64,000 bases of DNA from Callorhinchus milii (Eukaryota): positions 110,176,001 through 110,240,000 of the forward strand of contig NW_024704742.1 in assembly GCF_018977255.1 (NCBI RefSeq). The letters are read 5' to 3'. The notes under the pieces are model-generated. The model was not told the DNA's origin, made no database searches, and saw only the letters and a program-made list of their open reading frames with translations. Numbering within the stretch: the stretch's first letter is position 1; each line of letters opens with the position of its first letter. Of this stretch, positions 13,701-27,354 are shown one piece after another. The position numbers and the translations under genes are program-made.

Positions 13701-14759
13701 AATGCCACATATAGCTTTAAAATATTAAAAGTTCCAATAGAACTCCAAAAGTACTATTGCAGGACATCAAACTAAAATGGTGATAGATTGAGGCAGCTAG
13801 AGGGAAGTTTGGAGATTAATAAATCAAGTGGGGGTAGGTTGGGAATGAACCGACTACTGAGAAGGGATTGCTAGGAGAACATCCCTCACCTATCAAAGGA
13901 TGGATCAAATGAATCAGATAAATTGTAGAGTTGTGGAGACCCAGTCTGCATTCCAGATAGATAGTATGTGGAATTATTTTGAAGCAAAGCGCTTTAGGCG
14001 AACTCTCAAGTGACTTTCATAGAAACCTTAGGATGAGATGTTTCACTAACAATGTTGATCTTTCTTCAACCCTGCTAACATTGATCGACATGTGCTGCTC
14101 AGTCATTGATCCCGACAGTTAAACTTGTTCTGATATATGAAACGTTGCCTTTAAGGAGTGGTTGACACCATTTGAAACACCGCAGTGAGAAGGAAGGAAC
14201 CTGGCCAAACTCAATCTGAAAAAAGTTCTCTCTTCAATTTGTGGAATTCTCCCACCTCCACCAAACAAATAGAGCAAACTCGCTCTCTCTTCCATGAGTA
14301 GGATAATCTCATTTTCCCATATTCTGAACATAATCTCATCCTTGTGGCCTACCCACTGTTCCACTGGTCTCATTTTATTACTGAGTTTAATTGACTGAAT
14401 AATCAGTGTTCAATTTGCAAACATACTTTTTGTGTGTAATTGCAAGATACCATTGTCTTCTTTATTGCTTTCAAGAAAGGTGAGGTGTGATAATGGAAGC
14501 AGCAATATGCAAATTAACATCAGTACTGACACTTATTCAACACTGGACCATCTAACACAATGACTAAATAGAGGGTGTCCATTAAGGAACAATGCCATGC
14601 CCAGATAAGCAAGGAAAACCTTAGAATTCATGGGGGATAAAGCCATAGTGGATTACAAAGTTCTTCATAACTAGAATAAATATAATACTTTGCTTAAACT
14701 TAATTTCAATAAAAATTATTACATAAACTGAGCAACATTTTCAAAAATCCTCTTTGTAT

Positions 14760-15190
14760 TCCCCCATCCTTTCTCCACATCACTCTTTCCACATTCAAAT
14801 CCCTGCTTGGCCTCACCCCACCCTATTCCTGCTAGCCCCTACATCCATACTGACCTGGCTCCATTCACTCAAAGAACTCCGGCCTGCTTCATGTCCCCCT
14901 CCCTATCTACTTCATCTTTAACAAGCGAGCTTTTAGCCATTCTACTCCTGCTCTCTGGAACTCCATCTTGGAGTCCCTTTGACTTTCGCCCTCCTTCTCC
15001 ACTTTCAAAGCCTGCCTCAAGACTTCCCTCTTTGAGTTATCTTTTCATTACCCACACCCCCCGCCACACACACACACACACACACACGTGGCTCTCAACC
15101 CCCGGCTCAAGTACCGAGCTGTGTAAAGTGCTTTGAGATTTCTTCCCAATGTAAAAAGGTGCTATATAAATGTAAATTGTATTGTATTGC
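14760..15190 (+). mobile_element. Degraded L2 3' end
   Basis: C-rich L2-like sequence (ctctggaactcc..tttcaaagcctgcctcaagac) ending gtaaagtgctttgaga..ggtgctatataaatgtaaattgt. Confidence 0.8.
15065..15086. repeat. (CA)n microsatellite in L2 3' UTR
   Basis: Direct read. Confidence 0.95.
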
Positions 15191-15797
15191 TGAGTAGAAG
15201 AAGTTTTCAATTTACAGAACGTTCTTCCCTCCTTCGTTCATGAGCGAGCCACAGAGTGGAAGAATAATGTATTTAGTTCATTGTCACGAAATTAGAACAG
15301 TAAAATTTACCATCAGCAAGTACACACATGGAAACAAAGACTTCTTTCATGATTTCACTTCCATACAACTTCACCTATGGTGGGTACCGCCACTGAAAGG
15401 TGGCTGAATATGGAAACCATCCAACTATAGTTGGAACAGGGAAATGAGTTTCTGTCACAATCTTACATTACTGTGTCACTGGAGTGTGATAAATTCTATT
15501 GGGCAAAAAGATGTTATCAAAACACCTGGGTCCAATAATGACAGACTGTAGCTGGAACTGGTGCCATTTGTTGTAAATTTGATATTGTCCTGCGGTTATT
15601 AGGCATGCAATGCCAAATGGTGTTTTGGGCATTTCTGCAGGGTGTATTTATTTCAGTTTTTCAAATTGCAAACCTGAAAAAAATCCCCTCACCATTAGAA
15701 ACAAAACAGAAACTGAATGTGCTCTAAATCCAGGGGTGGTCTCATCCTGGGTTTTCACCAAGTCATTGCAGAGTTTTTGGATACTCAATGAAGCATA

Positions 15798-16120
15798 TAA
15801 TAATAATAATCCTTGCATTTGATATAGCGCTTTTCACGTCAGGAGGACGTCCCAAAGCGCTTCACAGAACACACTGTAAAGTGAATTGACTGTATATTTG
15901 TGGGCGAACGCGGCAGCCAATTGCGCACAGCAATGTCCCACAAACAGTCGTAGATTGAAAATGACCAATTTAATTATTGTTTTTTTTTGGTTTTTTGGAG
16001 GGATTATTATTAGGCGTGTGGAGTAAGGAAACTTGCCCAAGGTTTCGCCCTGCCTGGAATTGAACTCAGGTCTCTCACTTGCAAAGCGAGTGCTCTAACC
16101 ACTGAGCTACAGGACTCCAC
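15798..16120 (-). mobile_element. tRNA(Ala)-like SINE, young short subfamily, full length
   Basis: Box A/box B head with TGC anticodon arm; nearly identical to 27355-27676. Confidence 0.97.
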
Positions 16121-17081
16121 ATCTGTTAATTCAAAGACTAGGAGGTTTTCAACTCAGTATTAGTCAGATTTGGTTGGAGAATCTAATTGAAAATATTCCT
16201 GTCAAATGTTAACATCTGATCATCTGATTTAGAACATTGAATGCACACATAGCAATAGAGCATGTGTAGACCGTCCAGAGATCTACTAAATGGTGCTACA
16301 GAAGTGGGTTAGGTTAAAATTATAACATAAGGACTAGAGAAGTTGCTTATAAAAGTGTTTCACTGGAACTTGCATGAGGAGTCAAGATGATATAAATCAG
16401 TCGTAACAGACAGTATGAAAAAGCCCTTCATTCATGTTAGAGATGTTTCAAACAGCAACAGAATTATATTTGTCTAGTACCTTTCATGTTGCGAGAAGGT
16501 CCCAAGGTGCTAAACAGCCTAAACTTAGTTATACCAACATAGGAACAGTAACTACTGGTAACTGATGCTTTTATTAACCATGGGGGCTATTGCAGTCATG
16601 CTCAATCCTGTTCAACCTAGTGATTTGGAGCTGATTTTCACCCTCACTAGCCTGTGTTGTGGATGCTAAAGTCAGCAGTAAAGACCCAGCATAATCCCAG
16701 CTAAAATTGGTTAACTTAATTGAATATAGAAATGGCTTAGTGCCACTCCATATGGTGCAATCATCCATAGAGGAAACTGCTCTTAAGCAACTTGCCTTTA
16801 AGTAAAATAGCATTGTACAGATCAACTTTATTTGTCTGTAACTTGTTTTCTGTGAAATCCAAACTGGTATATCCCATTGTATTGATGCACAATACGAAGA
16901 CGAGGGTGTGTGTGTATATACATGTGTGCATGCATTCGTGAATGCATGAACGCACATGCATCTGTAACGTCATTTCCAGTCCTTGCACGTTTTCTTAGAG
17001 GATGCAGTCTTGGCACCAAGCTGGATATTATTATTCTTACGTTATATAACATGCTTGCTACAAGTGAAGGATGCCTGGAAA

Positions 17082-17490
17082 GCAGCCCAATAGCTGCACT
17101 GGTTGATTGCTTCACTGGTAAGCAGAAGGTCACGAGTTTGAATCCCAGTACTGCTTGGCACTCAAGCTCACTTAAGCTGAACTGGCTGTTTTTTTAAGTT
17201 GGGCTGTTAGACAGGAACGTTTGAATGAAGGGTAGGAAATTACCCATCTCACCTTGCCTGGATCTCATTGTGTACCAGTTGTGGCTCAGAGTAGAGAGCG
17301 ATGTATAATGGTGAGAGGCCTAAGAAGGGGAAATGTAGGAGGAAAACAAAAATATGAAGAATTTAAATAGACTTTGGCAAATTATTACCTGGTGTTGTTT
17401 ATTCTGTCAGATTCCGCCACTGTGAAGTGCTCTGGGAAACTACCCTGAGTGAAGGGTGCTATATAAATGCAATTTCTTGTTGTTGTTGTT
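17082..17490 (+). mobile_element. Possible distinct tRNA-headed SINE with L2 (TTG)n tail
   Basis: tagctgcactggtt..aaggtcacgagtttgaatccc head; tail gtgaagtgctctggga..gtgaagggtgctatataaatgc..(ttg)n. Body unlike the main SINE; linkage of head and tail unproven. Confidence 0.4.
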
Positions 17491-17619
17491 CTTAAGCCTT
17501 ATTTCAAAGCTGTAATGGGAGATATCAAGCCCAACAGAATGAAAGATTACTGGAAGTGTGTAGAAGCATTGGGTAAATCACACACATGTGTGTAGATCAA
17601 ATTCTCCACGTTAACTATC

Positions 17620-18304
17620 CTTTCTACCCCACATCTGCGCCATGACCCACTCTGCCTTCCCCCAACTCCACCACTGTCTCACACCGCAGGCCGCCGAAAC
17701 ACTCATACATGCTTTCATTATATCGAGGCTCGACTATGCAAAACTCATTGCTTGTCGGCCTCCCCAACTCCTCCCTCCACAGGCTGCAGATCATCCAGAA
17801 CTCTGCAGCCGTGTCCTCTCCCGCACTAGGCTCAGCGACCCTATCACCCCCATCCTCTCCCAACTCCACTGGCTTCCCATCACACAGAGGATACAGTTCA
17901 AGATCCTGGTCCTCACCTTCAAAGCCCTCCACAGTCTTGCTCCCCCCTACCTCTGAGACTTCATAACCCCTACGATCCTGTTACAATCTGCTCAGTGGGC
18001 TCCGGCCTGCTTCACGTCCCCCGCCTTGCTCACTCCACTATTGGCGTGTGAGCCTTCCGCCACTTTGCCCCACCCTCTGGAACGCTATCTAGCAGTCCCT
18101 CCGCCTCGCCCCCTCTCTTGCCAACGTGAAGAATCATCTTAAGACCCTCCTCTTCGACTGCGCTTTTGATCTCCCTGCTTCCCCCTCTGCCCTCCACCCT
18201 CCCCCACTCCTACCCACAGCTCAGGTCCATAACTCTGTCTGTCCAGTACCTTGGGACGTCCTCCCGACGTGAAAGGTGCTTTACAAATGTAATTTTGTTG
18301 TTGT
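17620..18304 (+). mobile_element. L2 3' fragment
   Basis: AETLIHAFIISRLDY..LHWLPITQRIQFKILVLTFKALHSLAPPYL; (TTG)n tail. Confidence 0.95.
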
Positions 18305-18354
18305 TAAATACCAACACTACCCCTGTCATGATATAGATCAAATCAAAATAGGTA

Positions 18355-18545
18355 ATTAATGACAGGAAGGGGGGTTGAGGCAAGGAATCTGGACTCATTT
18401 AAGACCTTTTAATCTAATCCACTTCTGGAGCAACATTTAATAGATGCCATAATGGGAGGAGGGTAGGGTGGATATTCTGGAAGTATGATATTCAAAGGGC
18501 TGAAAAGCCTTCTTCATCTGAACTTCTTGTGACCTCATGATCTAA
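18355..18545 (+). mobile_element. Degraded CR1 3' end
   Basis: gttgaggcaagg..ctcatttaaga..aagggctgaaaagccttcttcatctgaac..cttgtgacctcatgatc; similar to 47880-48000. Confidence 0.6.
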
Positions 18546-18969
18546 TGACACAATTTGACTACTGGCACTGTGAGAATTTAGCAACATTATTTGCAAGTAA
18601 CAGCACAATGGTACTGCCTCCTCTGCCTTTTCCTAATGTAGTGAAGAACCTTTACATATCACATTTAATTTGTTAGAAATTACAGAAACTGTACTCGGTT
18701 CTATTAAAAATGTTCTTGCTTCTACTTGAATTTAAATTATTGGTAATTGTTCATTGGTCATTTTTACTTTTCTCCTTAGCTACATGAAGGGAAATGAAAG
18801 GTTTGAAGTAAGTGTTAATTGATTCCCCTTTTTAAACTTGCTGACTAAAGCTGGTTAATTGTTTAATGCATTTTATGTTTATTTAATGAGCAACTAAATG
18901 TACAATGCTTATATTTTATAACAGCTTGTACAAAGCGATTAGTTTATCCTTGGGTAGCAAAGGGATATT

Positions 18970-19390
18970 GACAAGGCATCTCAAAGGGACCTTATAGAGC
19001 ATACAAAATGTTTAATGGGATAAAGTAAACCCCAAAATACTTATGAATGGAATAAAGCAGCGGATTGACTGTGCATTTTGTGGGAGAAACAAGCCACCAA
19101 TTGCACACAACAGTGTCCCACAAACAGTTTGGATTGAGTGAGCACATTTTCATTTTTGAGGATTATTACTCAAGGAAAACGATCCATCAATCGACTAACA
19201 ACCGACAGGTTCCTACTTACTGCTCGGTAAACAGAAGCCTGTGGAGTAAGGAAACTTGCCTACGGTTTTATTCTGCTCGGGAATCGAACCGGATCCTCTC
19301 GCTTGTGAATGTACTAGGAAGGGTGGTTAAAGTCAAGTTCCTGGACTTATTTAAAAAATAGCATGGTACTGTCATGGGAAGACTGTAGAA
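18970..19390 (+). mobile_element. Degraded CR1 fragment split by a SINE
   Basis: ctcaaagggaccttatagagcatacaaaatg (LKGDLIE..YK) before the SINE; CR1 end-like ggttaaagtcaagttcctggacttatttaaaaaa after it. Confidence 0.5.
19061..19308 (-). mobile_element. tRNA SINE, long subfamily, degraded
   Basis: Contains the long-form segment aatcgactaacaacc..ttcctacttactgctcggtaaacaga. Confidence 0.85.
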
Positions 19391-20004
19391 AGCTGATCAA
19401 ATGGGCTTGCATTGAAGCATGCTTTCCTTGTCTGTGCTTTGATATCTAGTCAACTTGTTCTGCAGATGTTTCTCCTCCATCTATTCAAAGCTTACCCTTG
19501 CCTGATCACTTGCCTTGCCTAGTTTTGTAGATGGGGCAAGCATCACCATTGCTTTGAATGTAGAGTAACAACCTACATTGAGGTCTTGACAATGCTTTGG
19601 CAGTTTGGAGATGTGTAATAGCTGCCCAGCAATACATCACTGTGTAACCTCCTCTTTTTATCCACAGGAACCTCAGCAAAGAGGGTGATCAATGAGTCCT
19701 TTCTTCCCTTAGGGCTTAGGGCTCTGACCCCACATTACATATAGTCAAAGGATAGTTCCCTTTTTAATTTTTGTTTCTTCCGATCTGATGAGCTCCATGC
19801 ATTGAAATACTCCTGCTTGTATAGTTGTGGCACCTATTATAATAATAATCATAATAAATCTGCATGTTATATAGCGCCTTATCGCGTCTTTGAGACCTCT
19901 CATTATCTTCTGCATACTCTAACTGTCATGCAGCTAACATATTTATAAATTAGTTTAAAAGAATAATTCACTTCCAAGATCCCTTCCAATAAAATCTCTT
20001 TATA

Positions 20005-20500
20005 ATAAAATCCAAATTTACATTTATATAGGGCCTTTCACCTCGGGAGGATGTCCCAAGTTGCTGGACGGTAGAGGGTTTACACCTAAACTGGGGGGTG
20101 GGAATCAATGGGCCCCAGGGGTGAAGGGGTGAAAGATGGCTGAAAGTGCGGTCACAGAGGAAGGTCTTCAGTTGGACCATGAAGGAGGCAGGGGAAGGGG
20201 AAGTCGATGGGATTCCAGAATGGAGGGACTCTTGGGGGATAGAGAGCCAGTGGAGCCAGACAAAGATCGGGATTTATTGGCTCTCAAAGCCTAGTGCGGG
20301 AAAGAACACGAGCTGTAGAATTCTGGATAATATGCAACTTGTGAAGAGAAAAGGCAAGCAGAGCACTAGCCTTGATGTAATGAATGAATGAATTAGGGTC
20401 TCAGCAGCTCAAGGGAAGAAGTGGTGTCATAGGTGGGCAATGTTTTGGAGGTGAGAAAAGCTGAGGATGTGAGGCTTAAAGGAAACGTTAGCATAGAACA
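20005..20500 (-). mobile_element. Degraded L2 3' fragment with deletions
   Basis: Tail catttatatagggcctttcacctcgggaggatgtccc; agccagtggagc (LHWL) and agaattctggataat (IIQNS). Confidence 0.8.
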
Positions 20501-20547
20501 AGAAACCAAGGGTTGTGATATGCTTTGCTTAAGAACATGCCACAAAC

Positions 20548-20652
20548 TTAGCTGAAAAATAGTGGTTAACTCTCAAACTGAAGCTTGTCCCAATCACTTA
20601 TCAATCATGGGTTGGCTTCAGTTTGAGAACTAACCACCAATTCATAGCCAAA
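20548..20652. repeat. ~105-bp hairpin/palindrome
   Basis: gtggttaactctcaaactgaagc (20562) versus gcttcagtttgagaactaaccac (to 20637): 21/23 complementary. Confidence 0.85.
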
Positions 20653-22754
20653 TACCAGAGCGGGAAGCTCCTAGACAAAGAGTATCACATATTTTGTCAG
20701 GAAAGCCTATAATAATGTGCTCTAATATCCACAACAAACGCCCAAGATCAAGCAAGGAATCACATGCAACAAACTGGATTTAAATTATACAATATAGTTC
20801 TTTCCTGTTTGCTAAACAGTAATTGAATTTATATTTAGCGCCAAACTTGTACTAATAAAATTGGGAAGAATCACTTTATTAAGTGATAAATAGGTCTGGC
20901 CTAATAGCATAGTCACCAGAACAGTCCAGTGATCTTCTCTATACCCTCTTGCACATCCAGCATTGACAACATTAATTTACTGCATTGCGAGTTGGTTTAG
21001 TAAATGCCTTTACAATTTGAGGTATCCAGCCTTTAAACCTGCACGATGTCCTACATTGTGGTCATTTCCTTGTTAGGTTCATCAGTATTGTTCATTTAAG
21101 TTTGATAAATGAACTGGTACAAGTAGCAGCTAGTAACACCTAAGCAATTTCAGCTACTTTTATAGCAAAGCCAGATGAATAGTATTCTGACAACAGATTC
21201 CACGGCAACCACAAGGACAGGCATTAACCTTGGAAGGCCTACTGGAGCATTTACGCACCACATCACTAAAATGACAAGCCAAGCATATTTTAAAGGTATT
21301 TAGAGAGTGTCATCAATCCAAAAGAGTCCATTGTATCCCATTCTTTATCAAAGTCTTTAGAACACTTTTACATCAAATTCATTATAACCACTTTTGTAAA
21401 GTACAATTTATGTTAACAGGTGAAAATATATCTTGTTGCAGTTCACAGAGCCAGGATGGAGTGTGATAGTAACATTAAGAAGGCTAAAAGCACAGTTAAT
21501 TTGAAATAAAATGGACTAATTTTTTCAGGAAGCTGGTTTATAGAAAGCCCATTTTTGCTTCTTCAAATCCATGCATTTGACCCTAATCCATTTTAGCTCT
21601 TAGGTCAATGTTGGAGAATTACTTTTAAAAGTGCAGCCACCTGACACTCTTTCTGCCCCCCCCACCCTTCCAAAAAAACCAAGAAAAAAGCTTTTATTGT
21701 TATAGTCCGCAACTGAATGTTGTGACAGGCTGGGATGAAATAGTTGACACTCTATTGTTTAGAGTCAAATTCAGCTGGCCAACAATCTTATCCATGAATA
21801 ATGTCAGGGGCATCAAAGTTTCTGTAGATGTTAGCAAAATGCTTAATATAATAATGCCAGTATGAAAGTAATATTAAAATGTGTTGGACACTTCTGTGTG
21901 CAGAAATCAGTTACGATTTCATCCAAGGAGTTTTAATTGATCTCATTGACACAAAAGCTGTAAATTCACATTTGTTCCCAATTTGAAGTGGTTTTGAATT
22001 GTAATGCGCCACATAGTGTTGTGGATACATTTACTGCCAGTGTGCTTTATAGTTGTCAACAGCAGTTCAAAGGCTTGGTGTTATTGGGAATTTGTGGCTT
22101 GGATGCCAGAAAATCCTGATTACAACTCCTGAACTGTTGAGATATCATCACATGATTGTCACAACTGGTCAGAGAGTGGCCACTCCTGTACTATTAAGAT
22201 TTGAATGGAACAGAAAGTCCACTTATTGCCTTCTCTAACTGATATGTCTGTAATGAGAGCTATGGCAAAACCTCACTTTGCTTACATCATATAACTTTTC
22301 CTAATCTTTTGATCCCAGTGTATCCCGTATCATTCCCTGGTCAAAAGAGATGGGGTAAACTGCTCCCAGGCCTTTGCCAATGCCATTCCAAAACTCAGTA
22401 CTGAAAGGTGCGTGGAACACTGTGACTGATATTTCCCTCCCCCAATTTTCTCTCCCTCATTTCACCTCTCATCCCCTTCCCCCACGCCTCTCATCAAATG
22501 CCGAGCTGGCATCAGAAAGCCCAGCACTTGAAAACCTACAAGTATAACCTTGACCCACACTGTCTGATGACAGTAAGAGTTAGTTGATGACACACCACAC
22601 CTATCAGACCCTCTCATAAAAGCTTTTATGCAAATACCTTAATCCAATAAAAGTATAGACTATCACAGATTTATGCGCCTAAATATACAATGTTTTATAA
22701 TTCTTTACTTTGGTAAATAATGTGTTATTAAACATTCACAAGATTTTCCTGGGT

Positions 22755-23590
22755 GAAAAGGGCCCTTTGGCCCATCTGATCTCATCCTCCAGTACACCCA
22801 ACCTACTGCCCCTCCTTCACTGCATCAAGCTGCTTTTTAAATTAGTCTAGTGTCCTGGCCTCTACACCTTTCTTGGCAACCTGTTTGATTCATTGATTAC
22901 CCTCTATGAAAAGAAAATCTTCCTGGTATCTGTTTTGATATCATCATTTACAACTGTAAACCTATGTCCTCTTGTTCTGTCTTGATGCAACCTAGAATAT
23001 TGATCTGAATCTAGGTGGTCCAACTGTTTTCATCCAGCCCCTCCCTCCATTTTGTGGAGTCCTGTAGCTCAGTGAATGGAGCACTCGCCTCACAAGTAAG
23101 AGGACCTGAGTTCGATTCCAGGGCAGGGCGAAACATTGGGCAAGTTTCCTTACTCCACACTCCTCTGTTTACCTAGCAGTAAATAGGAAGCTGGTTGTTA
23201 GTCAAATTACTGATCACTTTTCCAGGGGTAATAATCGCTTCAAAAATAAATAATAATAATTTGGTTACTCAATCGATGACTGTGGGACACTGCTGTGCGC
23301 AATTGGCTGCCGCGTTTGGGCCCCACGCATTATACAGTCAATTCACTTTACAGTTTATTTTGTGATAAGTGGCTATATCAAATGCAAGCATTGTTATTAT
23401 TATTGTTATTATTACATCTGGCCCATCTGTTCTCTCCATAACCCGCAAATGCTATGTTATGTTTCTGGAAGGGAAGCTCAAAAATATTGCTTATGTTGCC
23501 CGTGGACATTTATCAAATAGAGCATAAAGTATTTGAATCCCATTTAAAATTTTGAACATCTCTATGAAGTCTCCTCTGAATCCTCTTCGC
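22755..23590 (-). mobile_element. Degraded CR1 3' fragment interrupted by a SINE
   Basis: Tail ggccctttggcccatc; TRGHRF..RKIFFS.RVIN-like region at 22890-22980; RGD.IEMFKILNG-like region at 23540-23590. Confidence 0.65.
23054..23413 (+). mobile_element. tRNA SINE, long subfamily, full length
   Basis: Head plus ctctgtttacctagcagtaaataggaagctggttgttagtc segment plus shared 3' module and (TTA)n. Confidence 0.93.
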
Positions 23591-24055
23591 TGAATAACCC
23601 ATCTTGTTTAATTGTTACTCAGTTGCAAATTTAGGCCTTTCAGTCTCAGCCCAATGGTTCAGCCTGAGGGAATTCTCAATTTAAAACACTGTTTCAATGT
23701 GAAAAATGGTTTCCTCTTTCCCACAGTCAAAATCTGCTTTGAAGTAGGCAGATTCGAGTAGGGCACCACATGGATAATCAAAGCTGACAGATAGGGAGCC
23801 AAGCTACAGAAGGTGAATCTGTGGGTGTGTGGAGCCTATTGGTGCAATTACCAAACAGTGACTAAATTGCAGGATTCCGTAACACACTTCTTGTGTTAAA
23901 TAACACCATTAAAACTTAATGAAATGTTTCAAATTTAAACTCCATAATGCAGTGGAAAGCTCAAAGGCTTCTGTGTATATTTGGAAAGCATACTTGACAT
24001 GGCAAAAAAAGTGAACCAATGCTTACAGAATTCACTTGCCATGCAACACGAAAGT

Positions 24056-24355
24056 AATACTAATAATACTTGCATTTGATATAACGCTTTTCACATATTT
24101 CAGACGTCTCAAAGCGCTACACAGAATATATTGTAAAGTGAATTGACCATATATTTGTGGGCAAAACGCAGCAGCCAATTGCGCACAGCAAATAATTGTG
24201 GATTGAAAATGACCAATTTATTATTGTTTTGTTTTTGGAGGGATTATTATTAGGCGTGTGGAGTAAGGAAACTTGCCCAAGGTTTCGCCCTGCCTGGAAT
24301 TGAACTCAGGTGTCTCGCTTGCCAGGCGAGTGACTAACCACTGAGCTACAGGACT
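24056..24355 (-). mobile_element. tRNA SINE, short subfamily
   Basis: Colinear with 15798-16120. Confidence 0.95.
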
Positions 24356-25899
24356 GTGTGTTACTTTCATTATTAATCAAACAAATTTTCAACAAGATAT
24401 GGCACTCAACTGGATCAGAGGAAATTTGTCATTCTCTTTGTTAGTTTGTATTGATGAATCACAATTCCACACTTATATTACTTGTTCGATATTATCAATT
24501 ATTTAGTAATTTATGCAATAAACATTAGGTTCATTGCTTCTTCAATGCCACTCTGATTTCCCCAAAAGTGTATGCTTAATCTTCAATGTACTCAGTCACA
24601 CTGGTTGCAATGTTTATTCAGAGTGTGTTATGAGATTGTATGGATTTGCTGCTTATGTTTCATGGTTTGTTGCTTAGTTTTTGTGCCTCTATTGGTGAAA
24701 AGTACTTTCGTGATTCATTTTATTAACTTCTGTACTGTTTATACTGGAGTAATGTATTGGTGCATTCCATAGGCTATTGCAGAAATAACAGTATTTATAT
24801 TCTAAAATACTCTGGCCAGTCTACAACTCGTTGGACTGGTTTTACGATGTGGTATATGATGTTTGGTGCAATCTATGTAAAATGCATGAACTTGTAACAT
24901 TTTTAACTCAAAACAAATATAGAGGCAATCTTTTTGGAGCCAAAGCATTTGAATTTAAATTACTTCTTCACTTAAAAAAGTATGGTTCCCAATTGCTACT
25001 GATGTAACAATGTTTGACAGCATTTGAGATGTTCTCCCATTGTGAAAAGTACTATATGAATGCAAACTCTATTGATGTAGGGGAAGGATTGTCATTAAAC
25101 ATACAATAATCATAGCCATTGTATTTTGGAGGGATAACATAGTTATGAAATGTAAAGGTAAGGCTATTTAGTAATTAATTTATCCAAACTTTCCCCAATG
25201 AGCAATCCAGATCACTGGCATCTCATTATATGACTATTATATCTAATCCAGAAAACTAGTTAGTTGATCTGCCATTTAGCTGAATGCATATACAGTAACT
25301 TCTATGTTTCATAAATATAAGACATGATTTTTGACTTTAGGGGAAAAGCTATTCACAGATGAATATAATTTACATATGTAAATGAGATCTAATTATACTA
25401 ATTTGCTTCACATGCTATTCCTATTAGCACCATGAATAATGAATGTATACCACCCAAGTTTTGTAGAGATGGGAGAACATCTGTTGAGCTATTAGTTTAA
25501 GTAGAAACTTTCCATCCTCCAGCATTAGCCTTTGTTGTATAGACAAGTTATAATAAAGAAGTAACTGCTCAAAAAATGTTTTGCTTTTAGGCACTTGTAT
25601 TTTTGGGCACTTTATTCAAACAGTTTATACTGTATATGGTCATAAGAGTTGCTATGGAAATAGAATTTGTTTCAGAGTGAGCACTCCAGGCATCTCTCAA
25701 ACCATTACTGGTGTACCTTTGACATTCTGGCTATGTGGTCCTATTGATCAGCATATCCAGTCCAATTTATAATGGAGGATGATAGACAAGTGTGGCAGTG
25801 AGTTGTTCATCAGTCTGGTGTGTTCAGATGTAAACACTAACCAAAGTGTCAGTAACAGTCTGCACTTAACTCCTTCAATAGCGTAGGTTTGATATCTGA

Positions 25900-26300
25900 A
25901 TTCCCAAAATGTAATAATAACTGGAGCGGTCAAATGAGCATTTGTGGAAAATATCACAATGGGCTTTGGTCACCATTTCAGGAGCTAATTGGTTAAAGCA
26001 AGATTGAGCAGTGAGACAATCTGCTGAAGTGGCATTTGAGAGGACGGTGGAAAGAGGACAAAAAGTGCAATTATTAATTAGACTGCCCTGCTGGAAAATT
26101 CAAGACCATAATTATTCTTGCGCATACTGAATTCTATTAGTTTTATGATGAACACTATTGAGTGCAACTGCAAGCCTGTCCATACAGAGAAAAGCATCAG
26201 AGCTTCACAAGTAATTTGATTTGGTATTCATTTAGATGAGCAATTATTGAGTAATTAATTTGTATAATCGCAACATCTCTGCAAAGTACCTTGCTGCTAG
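25900..26300. promoter_or_regulatory. Candidate conserved non-coding element/enhancer
   Basis: Repeat-free, dense TAAT/ATTA homeodomain cores (caattattaattag, cataattat, gtaattaattt). Conservation not tested. Confidence 0.3.
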
Positions 26301-27354
26301 AATTGGCTGAACTTGCACATGGTTTTTCTTGACCAGTGTCATGTAAAACAAAAAGGGCTGTGCCTGGAACAATTGGGAGAAGGGCTGTATGCGAAAACAG
26401 TTCACTAAGTGAGGTCAGGAATATGTCTTATGTATGTCCCACTGCTCCCAAATCAGCTATTGCACTTGGCACATGTGTTTTTGTGGCATATTAATAACAT
26501 GAATGGACAATTTTACAACTTAAAATGCTGGTGTGATGAATATTACACTCTGGAGATTCCCCATAATGCTTGGGAGACCAGGGTGTGTGTTAGGGTACTG
26601 CTGGAGTTTAACCATTTAAATACCATTCTCAATCATAACTGGATCATAGGGGAAAGACACTCAGGAGTGAAGAGTTGCTTCCTTACAGGGAGAGAAGAAA
26701 CTCAGTCTGAGAAAAGCTTGGCCTGAATTCCCTTCTGAGTGGCAAACTGCTCAGTGTTTATCTCTAATCATACCAATCTAGACCACTTGCTGCCACAGTT
26801 ACCCATCACCTCCCAATGGTCCCAAAGCATCACTTGCCATCATTTAGGAGTTCAACAGCCTTTTTTCTTGTGTGGAAATTGGTATGATACTGGGGAGTGG
26901 GGAGCCTAAAGAGGAGATAAACAATTTAAACAGGAAAAAAAGGGACACTTTATAGAAGACAAAAATACTCCTAAATATGACAATAATATTCAAGGTGACC
27001 TGAGGGCATGTGACATCATCTCCAAACTGGATGTCAGGAACCAGAGCAATGTCTCAGAGATAGTATACATGGCATAAAATATACCCATTGTTAGGTCCTC
27101 TTTGCATTCACTCTAGCTAAACCAAAGGCAGAGTGGAAGGGTTTTACTCCCAACAAGAGAGAAGTTAAGCCATATTGTAAACATTCACAGATGCATGTAA
27201 TCTTTTACAACTTTGAGTTTTGCCTTGTTGAAATTCTCCCCATCCCATTTTTTTTGAGTCAGCTGATTGTCTGTCACATACAGAAAACAGAAACAGAAAA
27301 CAGAACCATGCTTAACAGTATCCAAAGTAGACTGAGAGCTCACATATGTATGCT

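Noticed and set aside
15444..15716. Weak inverted-repeat element
   Set aside because: Only two 9-10-bp complementary words; not distinguishable from chance by eye.
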